The notes beneath the pieces were generated by a model. It was not told the origin of the DNA. It worked only from the letters and a program-made list of their open reading frames with translations, and made no database searches. Both the position numbers and the translations under genes were made by a program. Positions 1 to 10,935 of a stretch of 60,021 nt of DNA are shown piece after piece. Source of the stretch: Hyphochytrium catenoides (lineage: Eukaryota > Protista > Hyphochytriomycota); the NCBI GenBank assembly GCA_900088475.1, contig FLMG01000513.1, forward strand, positions 1 to 60,021, in the 5' to 3' direction. How positions within the stretch are numbered: the stretch's first letter is position 1; each line of letters begins with the position of its first letter.

Positions 1-260
1 AACCAGATGTGCATCCTACAAAGTAGTGCACGTTGGTGGGAAGGTTTACGAGCGGAAGGTAACCGGTCAAAGCCGTAACCCCAACAACTAACCACCACAT
101 GTAAGGGCTGCTTCCTCATCTACCGCTAGTGCTTGTTGACAAAAGCCAAGTGCTCTGGGATATACAGGGACTCTTCACATCAGGACGAGCTGATGATTAG
201 AAGTGTTGTTGTACATTCTCGGTCCTTAGGACCAGGAGTCATGATGAACGTCATCAGGAT

Positions 261-1151
261 TTACTCTTTAAAGTGCCTCTTGGAGTGAGTCTAATGGGCA
301 TCAGAGTCCCACACAGATCAAACAGGAAACAAACGAAGGCGTGATGTGATGGTGGCGGTGACTAAGGGGCAACCAGACCGTCTTGCCGGTTGCTAACCGG
401 ATAGGTTGGAGACAAAGTCATAATTCTGTGCTAGACTAGTCTTGCAAAACCCTCCTTCATAAGCTTACGTCCTCTGCATGTTGCTTCGCTGCCTCGTATC
501 GATCGAAGTAGCCCTACATGGCGGTCAATAGGCTGTCATTTGCCAGTTTAATGACGGTTGCCTTACCTTTTTCTGCTCGTCCGAAAGCTTTGCCCAGCGC
601 ATCCCCGCGATCTTCTTGATTTCAGCTTTGGTGGCCTGACGGGTAGTAGCTCAACGTCAGTATGCCAGCCATCTGGTCAATACTACCAAGAAGCCAAGTA
701 AGCAACTCGTCACCTTCGGAAACTCCTTGCGGATTATGTCTCGTTGTTCCTGAAGATTGTGCCAGCGTCAGAGCCTATCTATAAGTAAATGTCAGGTGCT
801 TCCGGGACTGACCTGAGTAAATAGCGCTAGCGGGTTCCTCGGTGCTGCTTCTTTATCAAAGTCAATTCTCTTTCTCTTGGTCGGGTTCACACCGACGGTC
901 TGCGAGGTCTTGATTAGCAGTCTCACCTCTTCTGGTCTCTCTCTCGACATTAATCTCCCAACAGTCTTCGTCCTTCGCGGGTCTAGCTCTTCTACCGGGG
1001 CTGCTGCACTTACCCACTTAGAATTCTCTTCATCGCCATCGGTGTACTCAGCGGCAAATATTTCGGCTTCGCTGAATTTTGCAATCTCTTCTAGTAGTTG
1101 ACTAGGACGGAGAAGAAAATGGCTATAAGGCGGAGTAATTGCCACGGACAT
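261..1151 (-). CDS. HMG-box protein (spliced)
   Basis: Manual splicing at GT-AG sites (exons ~1151-813, 749-714, 635-567, ~513-471, ~290-261) gives APRNPLALFTQ-EQRDIIRKEFPK-ATKAEIKKIAGMRWAKLSDEQKK-GYFDRYEAAK, an HMG-box pattern. The last exon is tentative. Confidence 0.8.
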
Positions 1152-2289
1152 GTTAGGTCGGCGCACCTTCTCTCACTTCTAAGCTTCAGGATCTTCGTCT
1201 TCGCTTTAGCTAGCCGCAAGGACAGCTCAAAATTGTCCTAAGGTGGAGTTAGACTTTGCAGGCAGTGCAACGCAAGAAGGCAAATCTTTGATGAACCTGC
1301 TCCAAAGCGACGTAGTTCCTTTTCAGCTCTGCATACTTATCAGCCACCGATGGCGGTGATGACATCCTGACAATTGCCGCCGTGGCAGTAACTTCTTGCT
1401 TATTCCAGCCAATGTTCCAGGTCTGGAGCCCTAGCGCCTTCTTCAGTTTTGTCGGACAAGTCGCTGAGGTTTATGGCGTCACCGTTCCGTCATGTGCTCT
1501 CGCTTTGCTATGTTGGCAGCTCTGGTGAGCTAGCTTGAGAAACGAACAGCCGGCATCCCTCACATCAGATGGGATGAACGGTAAGCAGCCTCGGAGGGTC
1601 ACTTAGGTAATGCCGACTATGAAGGTCTTGCTGCTCCTCCGGGTGAGTGTTCAATATTGAAGAGCTGAGCTGCCGCCGCAACAGCGACACCAGTAGAACT
1701 AGAAGGAAGTGTATTCGTTATTGAGCTGAGAGCTCGTACTACGCGATGCCAGAGAGATCAGAGATCAGAGTTTCATCCCTTGCCCTGTTGTAGTTGTTAC
1801 GCTGGCGGCTGTACTCACCTCTGCGCTGTACTTGTGCCATTCTGTGTTTGCTACAATGTGAGTTTGGTTCCTGTTACAGTGAAGAACGGGTGGAGAGGCA
1901 CGCCAGGGAGCCTCATGGGTTTGCAACGATACCTTGACAAGCTCTTCACTCACCAGTCTTCCCCTTGGAGCTGGTTGCTGGCTTGGTTCTGCCTTTCTTC
2001 CACTGATAAAGTCGTCCCAACTCCCCATCATCTCGAGGCCTCCGGTCCATAAGTCACTGCATCAACACTGCTTCACAGCTTCTACTCCTTATTTCTCATG
2101 TCTTGATAGCAAAAGCATGTTCCAATAGGAAGATAGGCTTCCTCATGCTCGATTAATCGATATATCAACAAGGAGTCATCATCTGGCAAGAGGGCGACGC
2201 TGAGTTTTGAGGAGGAAATGAGCTAGCTATATACTGACGAGCCCTTATGCCTCTCGTTGAGGTTAACTGCTGAGTAAACCATAGGAATT

Positions 2290-2709
2290 ATGGCTTCCGT
2301 GAGCAAAAGAGATATATTAAGGCTCTATCGAGCTTGTCTTCGATCAGCAAGGCGGTGCCCTTCACCAGAGCAGCAGCTGCTTATGTAAGCCTACTCAGCT
2401 ATCATAGGTGTAACCTTTAAGAGGACACGAACTAATCTACCGTGCAGGGCAGTTTACACCAGGAAACGGTTTGATGCTGATCGTCATTTAAGCGATCCGA
2501 GAGCTATCAGGTCTTCGTATGCTCAGGGCTGCGAAGAGCTGCAGCAAATGAATCACTACCACTACATGTTCCAGTTGAAGCAGAGTGAGGAAAGCAAAGT
2601 CACACGTATAGATGATCAGGTAAAAGCACTAGGCAAACCCAACGTCACAGGGCTTAACACCTCTAACGATTCTCTGTCTGTAGTCATCCGCTGCAGCAAC
2701 CCCAAATAG
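2290..2709 (+). CDS. LYR-motif (Complex1_LYR/LYRM) protein, 2 exons
   Basis: Exons 2290-2384 and 2448-2709, intron GTAAG..ACTAAT..CAG. Reads MASVSKRDILRLYRACLRSARRCP...YTRKRFDADRHLSDPRAI, with the LYR motif and downstream R..F. Absent from the ORF track. Confidence 0.8.
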
Positions 2710-2861
2710 TAGCCCACTCCCAGGGCCTTCCAGCGGGCTAGCAAACTTCTGCATATCTTGTGGTACCAAGTTCTTGGAGACGGCAAAATTTTGTCACCAG
2801 TGTGGAGCTCGAAGGGAATATGCATCATGACGCCGTACAATTGCCGCCTCAAGTAGCTCTA

Positions 2862-4164
2862 TTAAATCTTGAGGTCTATCGTCGTCGCGTCTTGAAGACC
2901 CTGGCAAAGAGCTCTTAAGCGCTCAGGGGTGGCACACTTGACAACAAACTCTGTGTCCGAATCGTTGATCTAGGTCCACAGAAACAACTGGAGATGAGGT
3001 CTACTTAGCCAGACGAGATATTGAAGGCGCTCTGAAATTCACCTTTTGGCCTCCCATGAAGATGCTTTTAGTTGGACGGAAGACCATTTGGCTGACGAAT
3101 GTGTCCCTGCCTATATTCGTCCGAAAAGCAGGCCAAGGCGAGCTCAGAATAATCTACATCAGAGAGTAGTTGTTGGCACCGCTTACCTGAAGCATGGCAC
3201 TCTTTCACTCCGGTCCTTGACACTATTTCTCTGATGTTAGATGGGTTGATTCCTGCTCCAGGCATTATTATCAGGCGATCGCCGGCTTGGCGCTGAAGTT
3301 CTGCCAGTAATGTGACCCCTTCCAGAGCAGTAGCCTCCTATCACGGTAACCTTCAGATAATGTGTCCTTCTCGCCGTGCTCATTATGGGGACATCATACA
3401 TACTTGTCCAGACGTCAGTATTCTGTCAATTCCTAGTTGGCAGCAGATCTAGCCAAAGCTGTTACGTGAAAGTACTCATAGGACAGTCATGGCGGGCGCG
3501 GGAAGGAACATGAACACACCTCGAGTGCATGAAATGGGTTAGGGGTCATGTCGAAGGCCCGATGGAACGTAACGCTGCAACCACAGTGTTAACAACAACT
3601 CCTCTCTAATGCATGATCAAATATTATTGTGGTCTTACCTCATAGGCCTAGCCAAATCGACCAGTAGCTTGGTTCTTTGCCTATCTATTGTGCCATCCGG
3701 GGAAAGGATTCCTAGCACTACCCCACTTGACAGGAGAGAGTTATTCTTTGTGACAGTGAGAGCCAGAATTGCATCAGAAGTTCATACTCTACTCCCAAGG
3801 TCTTGCAAGCCTTGATATCCTCCTGCATAACAGCGAACTAGGGTGGCAGTGTTGATCAAAAGAGGTGGCGAGGTTGTGTGTGTTTCATTGCATGAAAGTA
3901 CGAGCACCTCGTCTTCGGAGTATAGGAAGTCGCCTCCTCGGGGCCGAATGATAACATTCACTTTTATTCTCACGTGACTCCGGACTATTTTAATCATCCC
4001 ATAGCTTGGCGTCGTCCCGCTGCTAAGCACCTTAGTGACTCAAACGGAAGTCCCAATCCTGTGCGCTCTTACCCCTCTAACAGGTTATCACAAAGTTCCA
4101 CTCGAATGGCTCCTCCTTTCTCGGCCGCTATACTGGACGCCACAGAATCGGCACAGATCTCCAT
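2862..4164 (-). CDS. cutC: Copper homeostasis protein CutC (multi-exon)
   Basis: Spliced motifs [79 protein letters not shown]. The 5' start is uncertain. Confidence 0.93.
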
Positions 4165-4415
4165 TTTTACCCTCTCTAGTGGGCGTCGCGCTAAAGCCGT
4201 TTACCCCGAGACAACCCCATCAAGGACCCAGGAGAAGCTTCAATGAAAGAGGACCTTAGGCGAGAAGGTTGAGCCGCTGATGTTGATGTCATATGAGCAT
4301 TCCTACAAGTACCCGGAATACACCATACATTTCCTATTATTATGCAGCTGAAAGTTCATCCATCACGAACTTGACTCCTCAGCACCCTCAGAGCTCACGA
4401 TGTGATTCTTGATCC

Positions 4416-4440
4416 TTAAGGGTTAGGGTTAGGGTTAGGA
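4416..4440 (+). repeat. Short interstitial telomere-like repeat (TTAGGG)n
   Basis: TTAAGGG-TTAGGG-TTAGGG-TTAGGA read directly, between the divergent cutC and oxygenase genes. Confidence 0.6.
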
Positions 4441-5013
4441 TCCTGAGCGTTAACGGCTACAGGTCCCAGACAAGTTCCAGATCAGGATGTTTCTGCCTTC
4501 AACCAAGGAGCTTCTTATTCTGATTGCATAATCAGATCTGTAGATAATCTCATACTTAGATCAGTACATAAAATCCTTGTTTGCAGAGGAAGGAGACAGT
4601 GGTTCTAGTTTATGTGATAATCATTCGGTGAGTGATTCAGTCACGACAGTTTGGTGCGGTTGTGCATGGAGGGAACAGGAGCTTGGTGGCAGTGAACGTA
4701 TGGGCACGTGACCCAGATCCTAAATCTTGGTACATAATAACAGAAACAAGTGGAGTGACCTTTGCATCTCGATCCTAACCTAAATCTCTAAAATGTGTCA
4801 AATCGCACTTTTGGCCGATAATCTTCGAAGCTGCAGCTGGGCAATCAGAAGGCCCAGAACTCAGGAAATTTGTGTCAGCGGACACTTCTCAACGTTCCAC
4901 CCAGGCCACGCTGGCGGCTCAAAGACTTAGCAGAGTTCTCCAGACCTGTGCATCACTCTGAGGGGCTCAAGAAGTGAGAGACACGGGAGCAGAGTTGGTG
5001 TCATCAAGAAAGA

Positions 5014-7095
5014 ATGGCGCCCAACGATACTGACGAGACAATTGGACGCTCCCTTTCTGCTGAGTCTTCATGGAAGATGGCAGACTCCAACCTCTGGGTG
5101 GACAGCAAGACTGCTAAAGTGAGACCACATGAGCCTCCTGAGACCTATCCGGCCACAAGGAATCCCCTTTTCCACGTCTTCAAGGAAAACTTTGCCAGTG
5201 ATTATCCAATTCCTGTGACACCGTTCGGCACACCAGTGGAACACGCCAAGCCAGCGAAGACATGGTTACCTTCAGAACTTGATCCTGACGTGGAGCCAGG
5301 AGATCGTGTGTACAGGCTAGGAGCTTACTTCACCTGGACAAAATATCACCGGAAAGGCAGGTCGTTGGAGGCCTTGCGTCAGATAGGTGATGACCTTGCT
5401 GACGATGTATTAAACGAGGTACGCGTTCACCAAGAGTCACTGTCTCTCACTCTTGCTTTAGCTGAGCCTGCTGTTCACTGCAGACGGACATCAAACCCAT
5501 GGAAGACACATTGGAGACGATACTAAGACTGGGTTCAGGACAAAGTCCACCAGAAAGCGTGGTGCGCTTGCTGAGGCAGCTCAACTCCATTCCTGAGTGG
5601 TTGGAGGAGGATCGAATAAGACGTGGGCAGCAGTTCTTTATGAAGCGTTCCGGAGCCTGTCTAACCTCTCTTCTGTACTATTCGCTCATCGGCGGCTTCG
5701 CAGCGCCAAAGATCAACAAAGGTGAGCCAAGGGACACTTCGTTCAAGTGTTTACACCCAAAGCGTTTTAAGTCTCTAATGCTGATGGCCTCCTCAGTGCT
5801 AAACTCAACGGGGTATCTCAGTAAGAACAAAGACGCTACTTTTACCCGACTCTTGGAGACGCTCCAGATGATAGTTGATTGCATGGAAGAGGGCGCTTTG
5901 GTTCCTGGAGGCAGCGGATGGAAGTCCGTCATTCGGGTCAGTTTTCTTGTCCGTTTTGCATGGGCTTGTCAACTTTGATACCTCTGACACCCCCAAACCC
6001 TTGATAACAACTCTTCCTTGTGACAGGTGCGATTCCTGCACGCCAAAGTACGCCGTCGGCTGTTGCGGATGCCCCAATGGGACGTTGAACAGTGGGGCAT
6101 TCCGATTAATCAAGAGGACATGGCGGTCACTCAGATGGCATTCACAGTCATTATGATGGGAGGCGTGTCGGCCATGGGCATTCCAATCTCTCGACAAGAC
6201 GCGGAAGATTATTGTCATTTATGGCGCTACATTGGCTACCTTATAGGCGTCAAGGAGGAATATAATCCGAGTGTCTCCCTGGAAGTGGCCACCGCCTGGT
6301 CGGAATCGTCCGTAATGCACCTTGTGGAGCCAGACGCATCCGGCACACTCCTGGCGATCAACAATCTAGAGGCGGTCGCACACAAACCCCCTCATTGTAA
6401 GCCCATCGGTTCCACCTTTTCCCTTGACTACGCATTCCAGTCCGTGTGTTTCGACCATTTCTCCCCCGTTGCCTGTGATTGCCTCTTAGTGGGCTATTTT
6501 ATGGCCCTTTGTCTCCAGCCCGTATCTACCTGATCTCCGTAGGCTCTCCAACCCAAAGAGATAAGAATGTCTGGCTACTTTGGTGGAAATCCCTTTTCCT
6601 TTGAAGCTGCGTCACCTAATATGTTTCCTCGCTGCAGACCTGTCGCCGGAGTTCCATAGCGCGATGGCCAGATGGTTTTGCAACCCCTCCTTAAGCCATG
6701 GATTGGGCTTTCCCCAGTGCTCGAAAAGTAAAGCCATGGGAGCAAAGCTCTACCTCTTTCTCATTGCCTTGGGCGATAGAGTACTTGGGGACTTTCCTGT
6801 CCTTGGGCCCATTCTATGCAGCTCCAGACTCAGAAGGATAAGAAGGGGAATTGAAGTCTTGCTTGGGGGCAAAGCGACTAAATTTCAGATGAAGCACTCG
6901 CCAGGGACGGAGGGAAGTGAAGCAATTGAGGAGGACGGGGTCTTAACGCTCCAGCGTCTTCGGGAACTGCAGCGGTCCCCTACGTTGCGACTGCTTTCTA
7001 TCCTCCTGTTCATCGTTATGTTGCACAACCTTCGGAAGAGAAGATTCCGCTCCTATGTTCGCAGCTGGCTCCTAACAGTTACTGGCAGGGTGTAA
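5014..7095 (+). CDS. MpaB/rubber-oxygenase-like (DUF2236) ER-bound oxygenase with C-terminal TM
   Basis: Exons 5014-5418, 5484-5721, 5797-5936, 6027-6396 and 6638-7095 join in frame. Motifs GDDLAD, PEW..EDRIRRGQQFF, RLLETLQM, VRFLHAKVR, WGIPINQED, YCHLWRYIGYLIGV; hydrophobic C-terminal anchor. Confidence 0.88.
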
Positions 7096-7470
7096 CTAGC
7101 CTGCCGGCTGCCGCACGATGTAGTCTAACATCAACCTTTCCGTAACTTCGGTGTCTTCGCCTCCCCTTCTCTCCACGTTAGGTCAAAAGCCGAGGCGTGG
7201 TTTGAAGGTTACACTAAGCGCCAGGAAACGATGAGAGGGTGACAGAGAGCTCAAATAGCGGAGGCCTCTATTCGTCTATTATTAATCTATCAGTTCCATG
7301 TCAGCGAGCTTACAGGTGTTAAGTGAGTTTATCATCAACAAAACAGCTAACTCTCTGTTGTTTCCTAGTCCGCACTTGTAACTCCTTTGCGGGGAGAAAA
7401 GAAGAGAGAATGGATTGAGATGCGTCTCCACCTAGAACAATCCCCGCTTCTAGTCTGGCGTTCGGAAGAT

Positions 7471-10400
7471 CTAAAGCTCATCGTGTACGGAACCCTCTTC
7501 ACTCTTTTCTTTTGAATGGGTAATAGTCTCTTGCTTCAAACTGTCCTCCTTGTTCCACTGTCCATTTACAGTCTCCGGCCATGATAAATGCTGTGGCGCT
7601 TGGACTCCATGAAAGAACGGCTTGAAAGAAATTTCGTGGTTTGCACCTGAGGCCGCGGTGTCCCTGAGCCACTGATTGTAAGCCGTCTGCCACCCTGCTC
7701 CGTAATCTATTGTCAGCTCCTGTCCAGTCTTTATTGGTTGCAACGCTCTGAACCCAAGATACAATCTGCCCCCTTCGAGCTTGTGTTTACCAAGGTCCAA
7801 GATCTCTTTCTGGCTCTCAGGGGTCGTCCAGAAGTACTCCAACAAGGGTTTGGAGGCATGATTGTACAGCGCGCCGTAACCGAGGGGAAACACGGCGACT
7901 TCGCTTCCTTCCTTCACAAAAGCATAATTCAGGGAGTAGTGCAGTTGCAGATCACTCTTATGAGCTAACAACACTGGAACGACCTCCACGACCTCTCCAG
8001 CCCTAAAGTCGGCTGTAGCAAACACGCCACGACCTGCGCCAGCGATCCTTGACGGCTTCAATTCCAATTGTGGGCAGCCAAATAATGGCTCAGGAGGAGT
8101 GTTACCTAGAACGGGGTGGACTCCAGGCAAGCCTCTAGCATCCGCCCAAGCATCGCCAAAAGTGACCAGGAGTTCCTGTCCCTTGAGAATCCCAGGCTTC
8201 GTTGTTTTGAACAGAACATGGGGCGACCGGACAAACGGAAGAGCAAAACCGGAGGGATAGCTCGCATTACTAGGTAAGACGTTATCATTCACGTTCGGGC
8301 TTTCAGCTTCCATTTGGTAGAGCAGGTTCGATGCATCCAGAGAAGAAGAACCATGATTGACCATGACGCAATAACCCAGCATCAGCATCTGCTCGGTATC
8401 AGAGTGGTGCAGCACGTGATCCAGGAGTTCTGTATCCGAACACGCCGCGTATGGGACGAGGATGTTCGGACAGGAGGCAACCACCTCCCCTTCTCTCAGG
8501 TCTCTTCCCGCAAAGATACCTCGGTGTGCTCCTGGGATGCTGGATAGCCCCACATACATGCTGCAGTGAGGGCTGTAGCCAGGATCGTGGACCTCCTCCT
8601 CCATCCCTACCGCATACGTAGGCCACTCCAGTTCCGCAGGCACGCCGATTGTATGATAGAAATTTGGAGAGTCACAGCTGTCTGGCCCCGCGGGGACGCA
8701 ATTCCTTAGATAGGCCCGGTAGGTTTCCCATGCTTGCTCCCAATCTTTTCCATAAGTTATCAGTAGCTCTTCGCCAGCTGCAATGTCCCTAGAAGCCACA
8801 AAGGCTAAGTGTGGCAGCTCTGGAACAGAGTGAGAGAGTTTCATCTCCTGCAGATCAAACCACTGCAATCGAAGATTGTGTCCTGATAGATCATGATTGT
8901 AGAAGGCGCCAAAGCCTGCAGTCAAGACCGTGACTGGAGAGGAGCCCTTCCTAAAGACATGATTTTCCACTGTGGATCCCTTCAGGTGCTGATAGGGTAA
9001 GATACGGGTGGGAGCGATTTCAACGATTTCTCCTGCTCTAAAGGTTCTCTTGGAAAACACTCCGCGCCCTGCTCCAGGAATCGTGGAGGTGTTAAGGTAG
9101 ACTTGAGGGTAAGCAACAGCACGAGTGGTCGGTCTCTTAGGCTTTGCTTGTGAGACTTCTTCAGTTCCCTCGGCTCCAAGGTCACGGCTTCCAAACCAGT
9201 CATCTCCGTACGAAACAAAACCTTCTTGGTCCTTCTCCAACTCTGTCGTGGCCAGCATCACATAGTCCTTCTCCACCGAGAAGGGGAGGATAAGTCCTGT
9301 AGGGACCTCTGCTCCTGCTTGCCCTACTATTGCCTCTATAAAGCTTTCTCTAGACATTACATCCGACTCTACCAGAACATGCTGCAGGGTAGGCTTCTCC
9401 TGATGATTCCAGATCATGCAGAAGCCCAATGTGATGCAGACAGAGCCTTCAGAAGCCTCCCATACATTGTCAAGGAGTACATTTTTAGACACCGCTCTAT
9501 TGGGGGCCAGGATGGTTGGGCATCTCTCTACAGGCTCCCAGACGTCATAGTTCCGGCCAAGAAAAGCTCCTCGGCCAGCTCCAGGGATCGTAGAGTCATC
9601 AAGGTATAGCGAATGGTCTATCGTTGTGGGATCTGCTTCCACACGTCGATAAACAGTGGTGCTGTTTAGCCCCTTCACTCCACTCTCCGGCCACCTCTCA
9701 AGAAGTTCTGGAGGTGGCCTAATGGGACTAAAGAATTGCGGAATATCTTTTGACAAGGATGGCCCATTCGTCGCGGAATGCGACGCCAGGTTTGCTGTGT
9801 ATAATGCCCAATCGCGTTCCCAGTCTTTGCCATAGTCCAGTGTAAGCTCTTCTCCCTCTAGAATATCCCTCAGTGCTTTGAACTCTAGATAGTATGGGCC
9901 ATCGCCAGACGAAGCGCTGCTATCGGGAGTGTCATGATCAGGATGATGGGGCGTTGAAGCCCAGCGCACCACTAGGTTGGGATTCTTGGAGTCATGGTTG
10001 TACATAGTGGCATAGCCTAGAGCCAGCAAAGCAATGCTCTGCCCCTTACCTCTAAACACGTAATTGGCAGCCAGGGACCGTGCTATATGCATGTAGGGGA
10101 CCAACAGCACTAGCACCTTCTCCACTAGCTCGCCGGCTTTTTTGGGTTGAAGGAGAAACGCTCCACGTCCCGCCCCTGGTATCTTGGACCTGCCAATCCT
10201 CACTGGAGGCTTCTGGATGCCAAGCGAGCCATCCACAGGTGTACATTTGCCTAGCTCTGTAGCTTGCTCTCCTTCCTGACATCTTGAGCCTCGATTCTCC
10301 AGGCCCGTCAAGGGCTGAAGAGCTTCGATACCTCGATCCTTTAGCCAATCGGCCCCATAGCTGACATATAGTTCCTGTCCAGGTTCTATATCACGGTTCG

Positions 10401-10935
10401 CCACAAGGCGATGGTCTCCGTTCGTTGTGAAAGGATAGGGGAAGCCCTCTGGCAGCTCCTGACTCGTGCCCGGGCCTAGAATGTCTCCGTTGAACTCAAA
10501 CGGGAGCAGTGTCTCTGTGACATTCTGCACGAAGTGTGGCAGATTCTGTTGGGGCACTGCAGGTGGCATCCATAGATTATACAATGAGTTGTCTTGCTGA
10601 TGATTGTACACAGCGCAATAGCCGAAGCTCTTTGAATCATACGCGGTGTCATACGCCCATACATAGTCCATCATAGCGTTCGGCCGCGCAGCCCCCAAGG
10701 GAATTTTCACAGTCCAGCAGCTTTCAACCACTTGTTCAGCTTTGATTGCCTCGGCCGCGAAGACGCCCCTCCCAGCACCGGGAATGTTTGACTTATCTAC
10801 GAAAAGCCCCGGGAAAATTAGACTTCCGCTAGAGGGCCCAGAAAGACTGTTTTCTTGCTCGCCGGAGCTCCATGGCAAGCAATAGAGAGTGACGCAGAGG
10901 ACTGCGAGCCCATGGAGCACCGGTGACGAGGTCAT
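7471..10935 (-). CDS. Intronless secretory-pathway protein with six tandem SET domains, signal peptide and HDEL ER-retention signal
   Basis: Single 1154-aa ORF. N-terminal hydrophobic stretch VLHGLAVLCVTLYCLPWSSG. Six copies of S.I(P/A)GA(G/H)RG(V/A/I)F ... NH ... (G/D)(Q/E)E..(V/L/I).(Y/F)G..W. Ends ...SVHDEL*. Confidence 0.9.
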   Translation of the reverse strand: MTSSPVLHGLAVLCVTLYCLPWSSGEQENSLSGPSSGSLIFPGLFVDKSNIPGAGRGVFAAEAIKAEQVVESCWTVKIPLGAARPNAMMDYVWAYDTAYDSKSFGYCAVYNHQQDNSLYNLWMPPAVPQQNLPHFVQNVTETLLPFEFNGDILGPGTSQELPEGFPYPFTTNGDHRLVANRDIEPGQELYVSYGADWLKDRGIEALQPLTGLENRGSRCQEGEQATELGKCTPVDGSLGIQKPPVRIGRSKIPGAGRGAFLLQPKKAGELVEKVLVLLVPYMHIARSLAANYVFRGKGQSIALLALGYATMYNHDSKNPNLVVRWASTPHHPDHDTPDSSASSGDGPYYLEFKALRDILEGEELTLDYGKDWERDWALYTANLASHSATNGPSLSKDIPQFFSPIRPPPELLERWPESGVKGLNSTTVYRRVEADPTTIDHSLYLDDSTIPGAGRGAFLGRNYDVWEPVERCPTILAPNRAVSKNVLLDNVWEASEGSVCITLGFCMIWNHQEKPTLQHVLVESDVMSRESFIEAIVGQAGAEVPTGLILPFSVEKDYVMLATTELEKDQEGFVSYGDDWFGSRDLGAEGTEEVSQAKPKRPTTRAVAYPQVYLNTSTIPGAGRGVFSKRTFRAGEIVEIAPTRILPYQHLKGSTVENHVFRKGSSPVTVLTAGFGAFYNHDLSGHNLRLQWFDLQEMKLSHSVPELPHLAFVASRDIAAGEELLITYGKDWEQAWETYRAYLRNCVPAGPDSCDSPNFYHTIGVPAELEWPTYAVGMEEEVHDPGYSPHCSMYVGLSSIPGAHRGIFAGRDLREGEVVASCPNILVPYAACSDTELLDHVLHHSDTEQMLMLGYCVMVNHGSSSLDASNLLYQMEAESPNVNDNVLPSNASYPSGFALPFVRSPHVLFKTTKPGILKGQELLVTFGDAWADARGLPGVHPVLGNTPPEPLFGCPQLELKPSRIAGAGRGVFATADFRAGEVVEVVPVLLAHKSDLQLHYSLNYAFVKEGSEVAVFPLGYGALYNHASKPLLEYFWTTPESQKEILDLGKHKLEGGRLYLGFRALQPIKTGQELTIDYGAGWQTAYNQWLRDTAASGANHEISFKPFFHGVQAPQHLSWPETVNGQWNKEDSLKQETITHSKEKSEEGSVHDEL

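Noticed and set aside
1340-2060. Possible small spliced gene on the minus strand (ORF 1765-2031)
   Set aside because: Splice-like sites exist, but I could not build a consistent frame or recognise a domain.
7499-10664. Short ORFs overlapping the SET gene, and antisense ORFs over other genes
   Set aside because: Shadow ORFs with no independent coding evidence.
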